The position numbers and the translations under genes were made by a program. Below are positions 24,792-33,307 of a stretch of DNA of 56,012 bases, piece by piece. This DNA comes from an uncultured bacterium (GTDB lineage: Bacteria > Chloroflexota > Dehalococcoidia > Lucifugimonadales > UBA3495), in the NCBI GenBank assembly GCA_963997925.1, contig CAXEOX010000005.1, forward strand, positions 1 to 56,012. Reading direction: 5' to 3'. Each line of letters begins with the position of its first letter. The stretch's first letter is position 1. Below the pieces are notes generated by a model. That model was given only the letters and a program-made list of their open reading frames with translations. It was not told the DNA's origin and made no database searches.

Positions 24792-27140
24792 TTAACGTGG
24801 CGCAGTGGCAACCACTCCGGCCGACATCAAAGATTTAATCTCCGCTGCGCTATAGCCGGTCTCTTGGAGAATCTCCCTGGTGTCCGCTCCAAGCAAGGGT
24901 GCCGGAACTCCCAGCCTGACGGGCGTCTTGGACAGCCGGGGGGCTACGCCCACATGGTCCGCGCTGCCTCGGCCCGGATGGTCCCTGGTGACGACCAGTC
25001 CGGCTTCACGAACGTGGGAATCGTCCCGGAAGTCCGCAGGAGCGAGATTCTCGATGGCGCTCACATTCTTTGAGGCCAGCAGGTCGACCCACTCTTGAGT
25101 TGATTTGCTTGGAAAGATTCCGTTCAATCCGGCGGTCAATTCGGCATCGCTGTCCTTCCGGCCTTCGGCCGTGGCGAAACGAGAGTCGGACGCGAGGGAC
25201 GCGAATTCCCGCAACGCAGTTAGTCCGTTCCAACTCCGTTCGTCATTGCAATGCAGGTACATCCAGCCGCTGGATGTGGGGTATAAGCGGGACAATGCTG
25301 AGTGGCCACGTACATCGAAGCCTTCCGGTTCGTCTCGTTGGAATCCTTCGTAGTCCAGGAAGTATGGGGATTGGAGCAGACCTGCCGTCAGAGCCAGCCC
25401 CGAGTCCACCGATTGGCCTTGGCCGGTACGGTTCTTCTCGTGCAGCGCCAAAGCCACGGCGTATGCGCCCAGCAGACCGGTGCCGTAGTCGTTCAGGGCG
25501 TATGGGAGGAGGGTAGGAGTGCCGTCCCTTCCGCCACGCCGAACCTGGATGCCGCTGGTGGCCTGAGCCAATTGCTCCCAACCGGCCCGCTGGCTCCAGG
25601 GTCCGTCGTACCCGAAGGCGTTGAGGGACGCATAAACGATGTCCGGGCGACGCTTCTTCACGTCCTCGTATCCCAAGCCAAGTCGATCGAACGCGCCGTT
25701 GCGGTGGTTCTCCACCACCACGTCGGCGGTCTCCACCAACTTCCAGAACACTTCCCGGCCACGGTCGCTTTTCAGATCCAGAAGGATGCTGCGCTTGCCC
25801 CGGTTAACGTCCAGCGAGCCACTGATGTCATAGGGCCTGGCCGGGTCGTCGATCTTTATAACGTCGGCGCCGAAGTCCCCCAAAGTGCGGCCACAAGTCG
25901 GCCCTGCCAGGACGATACAAAGGTCCAATACCCGAACCCCTTGTAGCGCCGCCAGGATGTCCGGTTGGCCGTTGGCTGGCGGCGCCGGTGCTGGCTTAGT
26001 TGCGGTCCTGAGTTCCGCCATGACTTGGTCGGTGTGCTCTCCCAATGTGGGAGCCCTGCCTTGGATGGCTCCGGGGGTGCCCCGTAATCTGACCTGCACG
26101 CCGGGCTGTTTCATCAGGCCGAGCTTGGCGTCGTCGACCTCAACCACCATCTTCGCTTCCACTGCATGTTCGTGAACAAGCCACTCGTCCACGGTCTTGC
26201 ACACGGTGCAGGCGCCGCCTTCCGCGTTGATGGCGTCTTCCCACTCCTTGGCAGTTCGTTCCAAGAACAACTTTTTAAATCGCTCCAGCCACATCTGGCC
26301 GGTTTCCGGGTCGACGTGCCTGCCGTATTCGGCGACGACCTCTTCGATCCACTCGGGGTGTCCCGCCGCTTGCAGGAATTGGCTGACGAACCGGGCGTAC
26401 ATCCCGTGGTTCTGTACCCACCGGCCATCGCTGCATTGGTACTGGCGGGCCATAATCATCCGTGGCATCTCGAACAGGTCTTCGGTCTCCATGTCGTGAA
26501 GCTGCACCAAGCGGCCGCCGATGGCCGGGAACATGGCGCTATGGAGGGGCACTTCGATGTATTGTCCTACCCCCGTTTGGTGGCGCGCTATTAGGGCCAT
26601 GGCCACCGAGCCAGCGCCGAGAATGGCCGCAAAGGTGCTGGCCGCCGGTAAGGGTAAGAACAAAGGCTCGGTCGTGCCTTCTATCTGTTGATGGGCGCCG
26701 GTCACCGCACCGACTATCGGTTCCCATCCCTTGCGGTCCCGGTACGGGCTTTCCTCTCCGAATCCGGGTAAAGAGCAGTAGATCAAACCGGGGTTCGTCG
26801 CGGCCAATTGGCGGTATCCGATGCCCAATTTGCCTGCGGTTAATGGACGAAAGTTCTCTATCACTACGTCCGCTGTCTCAGCCAACGCCTGAGCCCGTCG
26901 GCGGCCCTGGGTGTTCTTTAGATCCAATACGATGGAGCGCTTTCCCCGGTTCCAGGTAGCGAAGGCGTCCCGGTCTCGAGCCGGATCACCCCCCGGTCGT
27001 TCAATCTTAATCACATCCGCTCCCTGGTCGGACAGCAACATGCCCAGCAAAGGACCGGGGATGTATTGCCCAAAATCCAGGACCCGGATTCCCCGGAGGG
27101 CGCCGGATGCTTCTTTGCCGGTGTCAGTTGTAGTGGTCAT
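24792..27140 (-). CDS. tandem-fused double family III CoA-transferase (two CaiB/BaiF modules in one 782-aa chain)
   Basis: LRGIRVLDFGQYIPGPLLGMLLSDQGADVIKIERPGGDP (module 1) and LQGVRVLDLCIVLAGPTCGRTLGDFGADVIKIDDP (module 2, from about residue 395). Confidence 0.85.
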   Translation of the reverse strand: MTTTTDTGKEASGALRGIRVLDFGQYIPGPLLGMLLSDQGADVIKIERPGGDPARDRDAFATWNRGKRSIVLDLKNTQGRRRAQALAETADVVIENFRPLTAGKLGIGYRQLAATNPGLIYCSLPGFGEESPYRDRKGWEPIVGAVTGAHQQIEGTTEPLFLPLPAASTFAAILGAGSVAMALIARHQTGVGQYIEVPLHSAMFPAIGGRLVQLHDMETEDLFEMPRMIMARQYQCSDGRWVQNHGMYARFVSQFLQAAGHPEWIEEVVAEYGRHVDPETGQMWLERFKKLFLERTAKEWEDAINAEGGACTVCKTVDEWLVHEHAVEAKMVVEVDDAKLGLMKQPGVQVRLRGTPGAIQGRAPTLGEHTDQVMAELRTATKPAPAPPANGQPDILAALQGVRVLDLCIVLAGPTCGRTLGDFGADVIKIDDPARPYDISGSLDVNRGKRSILLDLKSDRGREVFWKLVETADVVVENHRNGAFDRLGLGYEDVKKRRPDIVYASLNAFGYDGPWSQRAGWEQLAQATSGIQVRRGGRDGTPTLLPYALNDYGTGLLGAYAVALALHEKNRTGQGQSVDSGLALTAGLLQSPYFLDYEGFQRDEPEGFDVRGHSALSRLYPTSSGWMYLHCNDERSWNGLTALREFASLASDSRFATAEGRKDSDAELTAGLNGIFPSKSTQEWVDLLASKNVSAIENLAPADFRDDSHVREAGLVVTRDHPGRGSADHVGVAPRLSKTPVRLGVPAPLLGADTREILQETGYSAAEIKSLMSAGVVATAPR

Positions 27141-27185
27141 GGAGTTCTCCTGCTGTGTCGAAGATTCTGCAGATTGAAGCGTGTG

Positions 27186-27253
27186 CCCTCACCCCGTCCC
27201 GATTTCATCGGTCCACCCCCCTCCCTTAGGGAGAGGGGACGGGCGTGAGGGGG
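27186..27253 (+). repeat. nested GC-rich hairpin element (REP-B1)
   Basis: CCCTCACCCCGTCCC-spacer-CCCCCTCCC-TTA-GGGAGAGGGG-ACGGGCGTGAGGG. Confidence 0.75.
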
Positions 27254-27286
27254 TGTTTCGCTGGTTTAACTTGAGCATATCCGATA

Positions 27287-27661
27287 CTACGCCTCGGCGG
27301 CTTCTATCACCACCTGTTCCACGCTCGTCTGTTTCAATGCGGTGACGTCACCCTGCACTTTACCGATGATTGTCACCGCGGAGGCGGGGCGTATCTCGTC
27401 CCCCTGGCTGGCTGGGGTCAGGCCGTAGAAGATGCAAAAAGCACCGCCAGGAGGCCAATAACCCAGATCGCCCAAATCAACCACTTCCTGGCCGTTCTCC
27501 AGTTCCAGTGTGATGGGCATCGAGAAATAAATCTCATCGCCCCAAGTATTGGCCGCGGCGGTGATGGGGAGGATATTGCTGATTGCCTTGGCGGTGAAAG
27601 TGTCGTTCAACTCGGCTTCAAGTCGGATAGAACCTGCGGTGATGACGATGTTGGTAGGCAT
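27287..27661 (-). CDS. cyclophilin-like fold protein (DUF3830/Cyclophil_like2 type)
   Basis: ITAGSIRLEAELNDTFTAKAI...TWGDEIYF...GDLGYWPPGGAFCIFYG pattern. 2-nt gap to the upstream oxidoreductase gene. Confidence 0.65.
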   Translation of the reverse strand: MPTNIVITAGSIRLEAELNDTFTAKAISNILPITAAANTWGDEIYFSMPITLELENGQEVVDLGDLGYWPPGGAFCIFYGLTPASQGDEIRPASAVTIIGKVQGDVTALKQTSVEQVVIEAAEA

Positions 27662-27663
27662 GA

Positions 27664-28788
27664 TTAAATCTCGTTAGAGGCGAACCGGTTTGGGTTGAAA
27701 GCGCTGATGGACAGCTTGGTTTCGCCCTGCGTCATGATATCTGCCACTGATTTACCGATGCCGGGGCTTAAAAGGATGCCCTTCTTTCCGGCGCCGGTGG
27801 CCAGGTAGACGTTGTCCCAACCGGGAACCTGCCCGATTATGGGCAGCCAGTCGGGGGTGACGGGACGCAGGCAGGCGGTTTGCAGCGAGAGACGGGCTTC
27901 AGACATGTCCGGAATCAAGCGTATCGCGCCTTCCAATATGGACTGGCGGGACGAGGCTGTGGGCTCTTTGTCGAATCCCTTCCATTCCTCGGTGGAGCCG
28001 CACCATACCAACCCATCGGGCTTGGGAGTCACGGATCCGCCCCCACCGGAGATGTCGTAATACAGCGGGGGGCCAGGGAGTTCGGTCCGCAATATCTCGC
28101 CTTTCAGCGGGTCTACCGGGATGTAGGTATCCAACCAGGCTTCGGCCCTCCGGGACCAAGGACCCATGGCCAGCACGACTTGTCCGCAAGATATCGTGTC
28201 GTCGATCAGCCGGACCTCGGTCACCCGGTTGTTCACCTTTTCCAACCCGGCGACGGTTCCCGATCGGATGGAGGCCCCCAGCTTTTCAGCCGACTGAAGC
28301 AGAGCCAGGGTGTACTTGTAGCTGTCCAGCGCAGCGTTGCCCCTGGCTACCAAGCCCTGGATGACCTTGGGCGAGATGCGAGGCTCTAGTTCCAGCACCT
28401 CTTTGGTGTTCAGTCGACGGGCGTCGAAACCGTCCACGGGAGCGAAAACGTCTTCGGTGTCCTGAAGTTCCCCCAATCCGCTTTCGTCGAAAGCAACTTT
28501 GAGCAGGGATATGATGCGCCCTTCGTAGTCTATGCCGGTGTCTTCCAGCAGTTGACTAAACAGGTCCAGGTGCATCAGGTAAGATTCCATCGCCAAAGGA
28601 CCCAACGGGCCGGGAATCCCAGAGCCCTGCAGCGGGTTCAGTCCCCCAGCCGAGAACCCCGACGCCTGGGTGGCAACGCCTTGCCCTTCAACAATGATTG
28701 ATTTCACCCCGGCCAGGGCCAGGTGGTAGGCCACGGAGCAACCGGCGGCGCCACCGCCGACTATGACGACGTCACTGGATTCGGGCAT
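27664..28788 (-). CDS. FAD-dependent oxidoreductase (DAO family; glycine/D-amino-acid/sarcosine oxidase-like)
   Basis: DVVIVGGGAAGCSVAYHLALAG dinucleotide fold, 374 aa, DAO-type layout. Confidence 0.85.
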   Translation of the reverse strand: MPESSDVVIVGGGAAGCSVAYHLALAGVKSIIVEGQGVATQASGFSAGGLNPLQGSGIPGPLGPLAMESYLMHLDLFSQLLEDTGIDYEGRIISLLKVAFDESGLGELQDTEDVFAPVDGFDARRLNTKEVLELEPRISPKVIQGLVARGNAALDSYKYTLALLQSAEKLGASIRSGTVAGLEKVNNRVTEVRLIDDTISCGQVVLAMGPWSRRAEAWLDTYIPVDPLKGEILRTELPGPPLYYDISGGGGSVTPKPDGLVWCGSTEEWKGFDKEPTASSRQSILEGAIRLIPDMSEARLSLQTACLRPVTPDWLPIIGQVPGWDNVYLATGAGKKGILLSPGIGKSVADIMTQGETKLSISAFNPNRFASNEI

Positions 28789-28845
28789 GTTGTCACCTCG
28801 GTCAGGATTCCTGGGTATTCTAACGCTTAGAAGGCGAGTCAGGAA

Positions 28846-28912
28846 CCCTCACTCTACCCTAGACTTCGTCGGAACCGCCCCTCTCCCTCAGGGAGAGGGG
28901 TTGGGGTGAGGG
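28846..28912 (+). repeat. nested GC-rich hairpin element (REP-B2), same orientation as B1
   Basis: CCCTCACTCTACCC-spacer-CCCCTCTCCC-TCA-GGGAGAGGGG-TTGGGGTGAGGG. Extended by GCGAGTCA/TGACTCGC arms. Confidence 0.75.
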
Positions 28913-29016
28913 CGTTGACTCGCGTATTTCAGATGCCTGAACTAGAAGGGATCGCGACGGCCATAGCCGTCCGGCGGCAGTAGCGTTAGAATTGAGGGGA
29001 CATTCAGGAGGTTCTA

Positions 29017-29280
29017 ATGCCGATCTACGAGTATTATTGCGCCAAGTGCGACGCCGAATTTGAGTCGATGCGCCCCGTTTCCCGGATGGATGAACCGGTG
29101 CCTTGCGCTACCTGCGGCGAAGTTGGGCAGCGGCTTCTGTCCAACTTTTCCTTCAAGTCCAACTCGTTCACCGCACCCAAGCTAAAACCGGTTAAACGGA
29201 AGCCCTTTCGCTCTCATAACCAGGTCAGTTCGCCGGAGCCAACTCAAGACGCAAGCTCAGAACTGGATGTCAGCCGATAG
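29017..29280 (+). CDS. FmdB-family zinc-ribbon protein
   Basis: AGGAGG SD. MPIYEYYCAKCDAEFE...PCATCG is the CxxC...CxxC signature. Confidence 0.8.
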   Translation: MPIYEYYCAKCDAEFESMRPVSRMDEPVPCATCGEVGQRLLSNFSFKSNSFTAPKLKPVKRKPFRSHNQVSSPEPTQDASSELDVSR

Positions 29281-29491
29281 TGCCGGGGTCCGAATCCTCG
29301 GCCGGGGCCGCTATTTCCTTGACCGATGGGATAGTGTTGCTACACTTTCTAGGCTCTCATAGTTCATGCGGGTAGGAAATAAGATTCAGTGATGTCAGAT
29401 GGGAGGAGCCGCTGCCGATGGAGGCACGTTCCTGTGATGAATATATACGGCGGTGGTGTGAAGCCGGTCTTCTCATGAAAGAACCCGCATC

Positions 29492-30799
29492 GTGACATTT
29501 GCCGGCCTGCTCATTCTGGCCGCTGGCCTTTTCGTCATGGCGGTTGCCAGCTACCCATTGTTGGTGCGGCTTAAGGCGGGGAGACACCAGTTCCAGGTCT
29601 TTACAGCCCTTCGCTATAGAAATTTCCGCTGGTTCTGGATAAACGCCGCCACCCAGTCCATGGCCCAGGGTATGCAGTTTCTGGTTCTCGGATTGCTGGT
29701 GCTGGACGTCACCGGCTCTTCCGTCCAGCTTGGCCTAGTGGCCTTCATCTACGGTACTCCCAACCTGCTTTTTTCCATGTTGGGCGGCATTATAGCTGAC
29801 CGTTCGGACCGGCTAAGGCTGTTGATATCCACCCGTTTTGGGGTGTCGGTCCTGGTTCTCGTCCTTGCGATCATGAAGATTTTCGGCGTGCTGGAAATCT
29901 GGCACGTTTACGTCATCATGTTCCTATTAGGGACGGTTCAGGCATTGAATAATCCGGCCCGACAGGCCTTGGTGGCAGACTTGGTGGAGCGGAAGGATAT
30001 GATGAACGCCGTGGCACTGCATACCATGGTCAATCAGTCGGGGCAAATCGTCGGTCCGGCGTTGGCGGGAGGAATCATCGAGCTGGCCGGGACGGGTCCC
30101 GCGCTGTTGGTGAACGCAGGGATGTACCTGGCGGGAATTTTTTTTCTGTTCTTGATCAAGGACTTACCGCCGAGAGCGCCAGGCCCAAAGGCATCGTTGG
30201 TAGGCGATCTCCTGTCCGGGCTGCGGCACATACGTTCAACGCCCGTGTTGTACACAATCATAGGGATGGCGTTAGCTTTCACCTTTTTTGCCATGTCTTA
30301 CCGTCAGGTCTTGCCCGCATTCACCAGAGATATGCTGGATGTTGGAGCTGGCGGCACCGGCCTGCTTTGGTTGAGCGCGGGCTTGGGATCATTGTTGGGA
30401 AGTCTCATCGTGGCCTCACTGGGGGATTTCCGTCACAAAGCTCGGCTGATGGTGGGGTCCCTGCTTCTTCTCTTCGTGGTCCTGACGTTGTTCGCTTGGT
30501 CGCCCTGGTACTGGGCATCCTGGGTATTGTTCTTCTTTGTGGGAGTAACCAGCCTCGGGTTATTCTGGACGCTGGCGACCACACTGGTGCAGCTTAATGT
30601 TCCAAATGAGGTGCGGGGCCGGGTAATGAGTGTGTTGCAACTGGCTCCGGCGGTCCACTTCCTCAGTGGCCTGCTCCTAGCGGTGGGGGCTGAGGCGGTC
30701 GGTTGGCCCATCGCCATCACCGGTACCGTTGCCATGACTCTGATGGTTACCGTGTGGCTCGGAATCTGGCGGCCGGTCCTTCGCCGTCTGGAGGAGTGA
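29492..30799 (+). CDS. MFS transporter (paralogue of 397..1665)
   Basis: ALRYRNFRWFW and GGIIADRSDR motifs, 12 TM-like segments. Start codon uncertain. Confidence 0.8.
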   Translation: MTFAGLLILAAGLFVMAVASYPLLVRLKAGRHQFQVFTALRYRNFRWFWINAATQSMAQGMQFLVLGLLVLDVTGSSVQLGLVAFIYGTPNLLFSMLGGIIADRSDRLRLLISTRFGVSVLVLVLAIMKIFGVLEIWHVYVIMFLLGTVQALNNPARQALVADLVERKDMMNAVALHTMVNQSGQIVGPALAGGIIELAGTGPALLVNAGMYLAGIFFLFLIKDLPPRAPGPKASLVGDLLSGLRHIRSTPVLYTIIGMALAFTFFAMSYRQVLPAFTRDMLDVGAGGTGLLWLSAGLGSLLGSLIVASLGDFRHKARLMVGSLLLLFVVLTLFAWSPWYWASWVLFFFVGVTSLGLFWTLATTLVQLNVPNEVRGRVMSVLQLAPAVHFLSGLLLAVGAEAVGWPIAITGTVAMTLMVTVWLGIWRPVLRRLEE

Positions 30800-30921
30800 T
30801 AAGGCTGACTGGCCTTTGCGGAGAGTCAGTTAAGCTCCCACGTGAATCTGGGACATCCGGGGACCGTCAGGCACTGCGCCCGTCGGTCTTGCTGAAGTGG
30901 ACAGGCGCCAAAGAATCGTGT

Positions 30922-31266
30922 TTAGACCGGGGGGCCTCCGGCCTCAGACCGGGCGGCGTTGCACTGGAGACATGTGCAGATCGACCGCAAGTACCGGTAG
31001 GTGTAGAGACCGGTGTAGTGGGCGTCGGTCCACAGAAATTGGGCGGCGTAGTTACCCACCGGCATGTTGTCGATGGCCTTGACGTCTTGAGGCACCGTGT
31101 CGGGGTCTAGCCTGGGGTTACCCGTCATCTCGTCGACACAATTGGCGCAAGGGCAACGAAGCCTAAGGAAGCGATGGGGGTACGGACTCCGATGGCCGTC
31201 ATCCCACATTATGATGATGGCCCCGTCTTCCAGGGTGATTTCCTTGGGTAGGAGTGGTTGTTGCAT
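30922..31266 (-). CDS. DUF971 protein (gamma-butyrobetaine hydroxylase N-terminal-like, Zn/Cys motif)
   Basis: IIMWDDGHRSPYPHRFLRLRCPCANC...YAAQFLWTDAHYTGLYTYRYLR. Confidence 0.8.
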   Translation of the reverse strand: MQQPLLPKEITLEDGAIIIMWDDGHRSPYPHRFLRLRCPCANCVDEMTGNPRLDPDTVPQDVKAIDNMPVGNYAAQFLWTDAHYTGLYTYRYLRSICTCLQCNAARSEAGGPPV

Positions 31267-31274
31267 AAAAGTTT

Positions 31275-31302
31275 TCAGCTATCAGCAGTCAGCCATCAGC
31301 GA
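31275..31302 (+). repeat. tandem heptad array (H3)
   Basis: TCAGCTA TCAGCAG TCAGCCA TCAGCGA, 9 nt upstream of the DUF971 start codon (minus strand). The last units pair with CTGATGG at 31311-31317. Confidence 0.8.
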
Positions 31303-31349
31303 CGATAATCTCTGATGGTCGGCTACTTAGCATCTCTTCGTTAAGATTA

Positions 31350-33026
31350 TTATTTGGGAGCTTGGACGTCGGATAAACGGGCCGGACGGGGCATCTCATC
31401 GGGGTCGGTGGGAATCTCGATGATGCTGGGACCGTCGGTGTTCAGGGCTTCCAAGAACGCGTTGCCGATGTCTTCGGGGCGTTCCACGTAGAATCCGGTG
31501 CCTCCGAAGAGTTCAGCAAACTTGTCGTACCGGGGGTTGTTGGTGTCCGCGCCGACATACCGCTCGTCAAAGGCGTAGCGTTGGTAGGCTTTTTCCGAAC
31601 CCCAACAGTTGTTGTTCATGACCACCGTAATCACTTTCAACCCGTAGCGCACTGCCGTGGCGAACTCTTGGGCGTTGAACAGGAAGCCGCCGTCGCCGTT
31701 GAAGTTGACCACGGGCCGGTCCGGTGCGGCGAATTTTGCGCCTAGAGCCGCCGGGAAACTGAAGCCCAATCCGCCTAGGTCCAGGGATGTCATCAAGCTT
31801 CGAGGCTCGTAGTAGTTCAGGCGGTCCTGCCCGAAGTTGGGCGCCAATCCGGCGTCCAGGGCGATTATAGCGTCGCGGGGCATGACCCGGCGCAACTCGC
31901 CGTAGACCCGCTGGGGTTTCATTGGCATGGAATTGTCCGTTGCCTCGGCGTCCAATCGACGCTTGCGGCGGGCAGCCAAATCACCTATGTCGTCAACCCA
32001 TTTCTGGTTGGGACGGGGTTCGGCTTGTTGGACCTGCGCTATCAGACCCTCCATCACCGCCTTGGCGTCGCCTTCGATACCCACGGCTACCGGGTAGTTG
32101 CGGCCCAATTCCTCGGGGTCGATCTCTATCTGGATAATCTTGGCGTCGGCTGGGATATAGCGGTTGTCGTAGAAGGCGGTGGACTGGCCTAGCCGCGTGC
32201 CGATTGCCAGGATAACGTCGGCCTGGCGAGCAGATTCGATGGCCTCTTCCGAGCCCAACCGGCCCAGGTGCCCCAAGTACAAGGGATGGTCGTTGGGCAC
32301 GGCGTCGGCGCGCCCGTAGGAAGTCGTGATGGCTGCGCCAATCATGTCGGCCATGCGGACGACTTCATCGGCGGCGTTGCTCCATTGCACGCCGCCTCCG
32401 GCAACGATTACCGGGTTCTGGGCAGTTAGCAGCACGCTGGCCGCTTTGTCGATCAAGTTCTGGTCGCCCCGGTTTCGGGTCTGTCCGCTCCGGTACGACT
32501 CGGGAGGCAGCGCTTCCAGGTCGATCTCCGCTCCCGGTAGCAGGTCCCTGGGTATGTCAACCATGACCGGTCCCATCTTGCCCGAGGTGGCGACCCGGAA
32601 GGCGTGGCGCAAGGCGTCGGGTAGGCGTTCTATCTTATTAACCGGGAAGCAGGCTTTGGTTATCGGCTTGAACAGAGCTACCTGGTCGAACTCCTGCGTG
32701 GAGTCCCGCCACTGGTGCTCCCGGGATGCTGAGGGAGCCAGAATGATCATCGGCGAATGGGCCACGTAGGCCGAGCCGACACCGAAGGTGAGGTTCAACA
32801 CGCCGGGCCCATTGGTCACCAGGACTACGCCGGGCTTGCCCGATATCCGTCCGAAACCATCGGCCATCAGTGCCGCTCCCTGCTCGTGGCGAACGCCGAT
32901 GAACTCCAGGTCGGTACGATCGTAGAGAGGGTCGAGGATGTCCAAGAAGGACGAACCTACGATTCCAAAGATATGGGAGACTCCTTCCTGACGGAGGAGT
33001 TCAATTACGGCTTCGCCGGCTTTCAT
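31350..33026 (-). CDS. thiamine-diphosphate-dependent enzyme (acetolactate synthase/2-hydroxyacyl-CoA lyase-like), substrate unknown
   Basis: Start moved to ATG 33026 (AGGAAAG SD). GIVGSSFLDILD...RHEQGAALMADGFGR...NGPGVLN...GDGGFLFN ThDP motifs. Confidence 0.85.
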   Translation of the reverse strand: MKAGEAVIELLRQEGVSHIFGIVGSSFLDILDPLYDRTDLEFIGVRHEQGAALMADGFGRISGKPGVVLVTNGPGVLNLTFGVGSAYVAHSPMIILAPSASREHQWRDSTQEFDQVALFKPITKACFPVNKIERLPDALRHAFRVATSGKMGPVMVDIPRDLLPGAEIDLEALPPESYRSGQTRNRGDQNLIDKAASVLLTAQNPVIVAGGGVQWSNAADEVVRMADMIGAAITTSYGRADAVPNDHPLYLGHLGRLGSEEAIESARQADVILAIGTRLGQSTAFYDNRYIPADAKIIQIEIDPEELGRNYPVAVGIEGDAKAVMEGLIAQVQQAEPRPNQKWVDDIGDLAARRKRRLDAEATDNSMPMKPQRVYGELRRVMPRDAIIALDAGLAPNFGQDRLNYYEPRSLMTSLDLGGLGFSFPAALGAKFAAPDRPVVNFNGDGGFLFNAQEFATAVRYGLKVITVVMNNNCWGSEKAYQRYAFDERYVGADTNNPRYDKFAELFGGTGFYVERPEDIGNAFLEALNTDGPSIIEIPTDPDEMPRPARLSDVQAPK

Positions 33027-33307
33027 CTTTCCTGGCACTTGGGGGAACCTCCTGGGGTTGGTGTTAAGTTGGATTGCCGGGGTGAATCCCCCCAACCCCC
33101 CTTTACGAAAGTGGGGCTACTAGGGGACTTTGTCCCACGCCTCAAGCAGTGTAACACAGGGGTTTAGCCACCCGAAACGAGGCAAATTGACTACCCCTGC
33201 GCCAGACCATACAATTCTAAACGCATGGCGCTTGAAGCTGTCCAAGTGGACAGGATGTTAGGCGCCACGAAAAACGGCTTCTAATTAGCAGAAAAGTGGA
33301 GGGGCAG

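Noticed and set aside
29285-29305. tRNA-like T-arm (CCGGGG-TCCGAAT-CCTCGG)
   Set aside because: The required acceptor-stem complement is absent upstream (GCCGGAG where GCCCCGG is needed), and the region overlaps the FmdB coding end. It is not a tRNA.
33027-33095. N-terminal 23-aa extension of the ThDP enzyme ORF
   Set aside because: The extension translates a GC-rich hairpin repeat. The ATG at 33026 has an AGGAAAG SD, and the family N-terminus (MKAGEAVIELL...) begins there.
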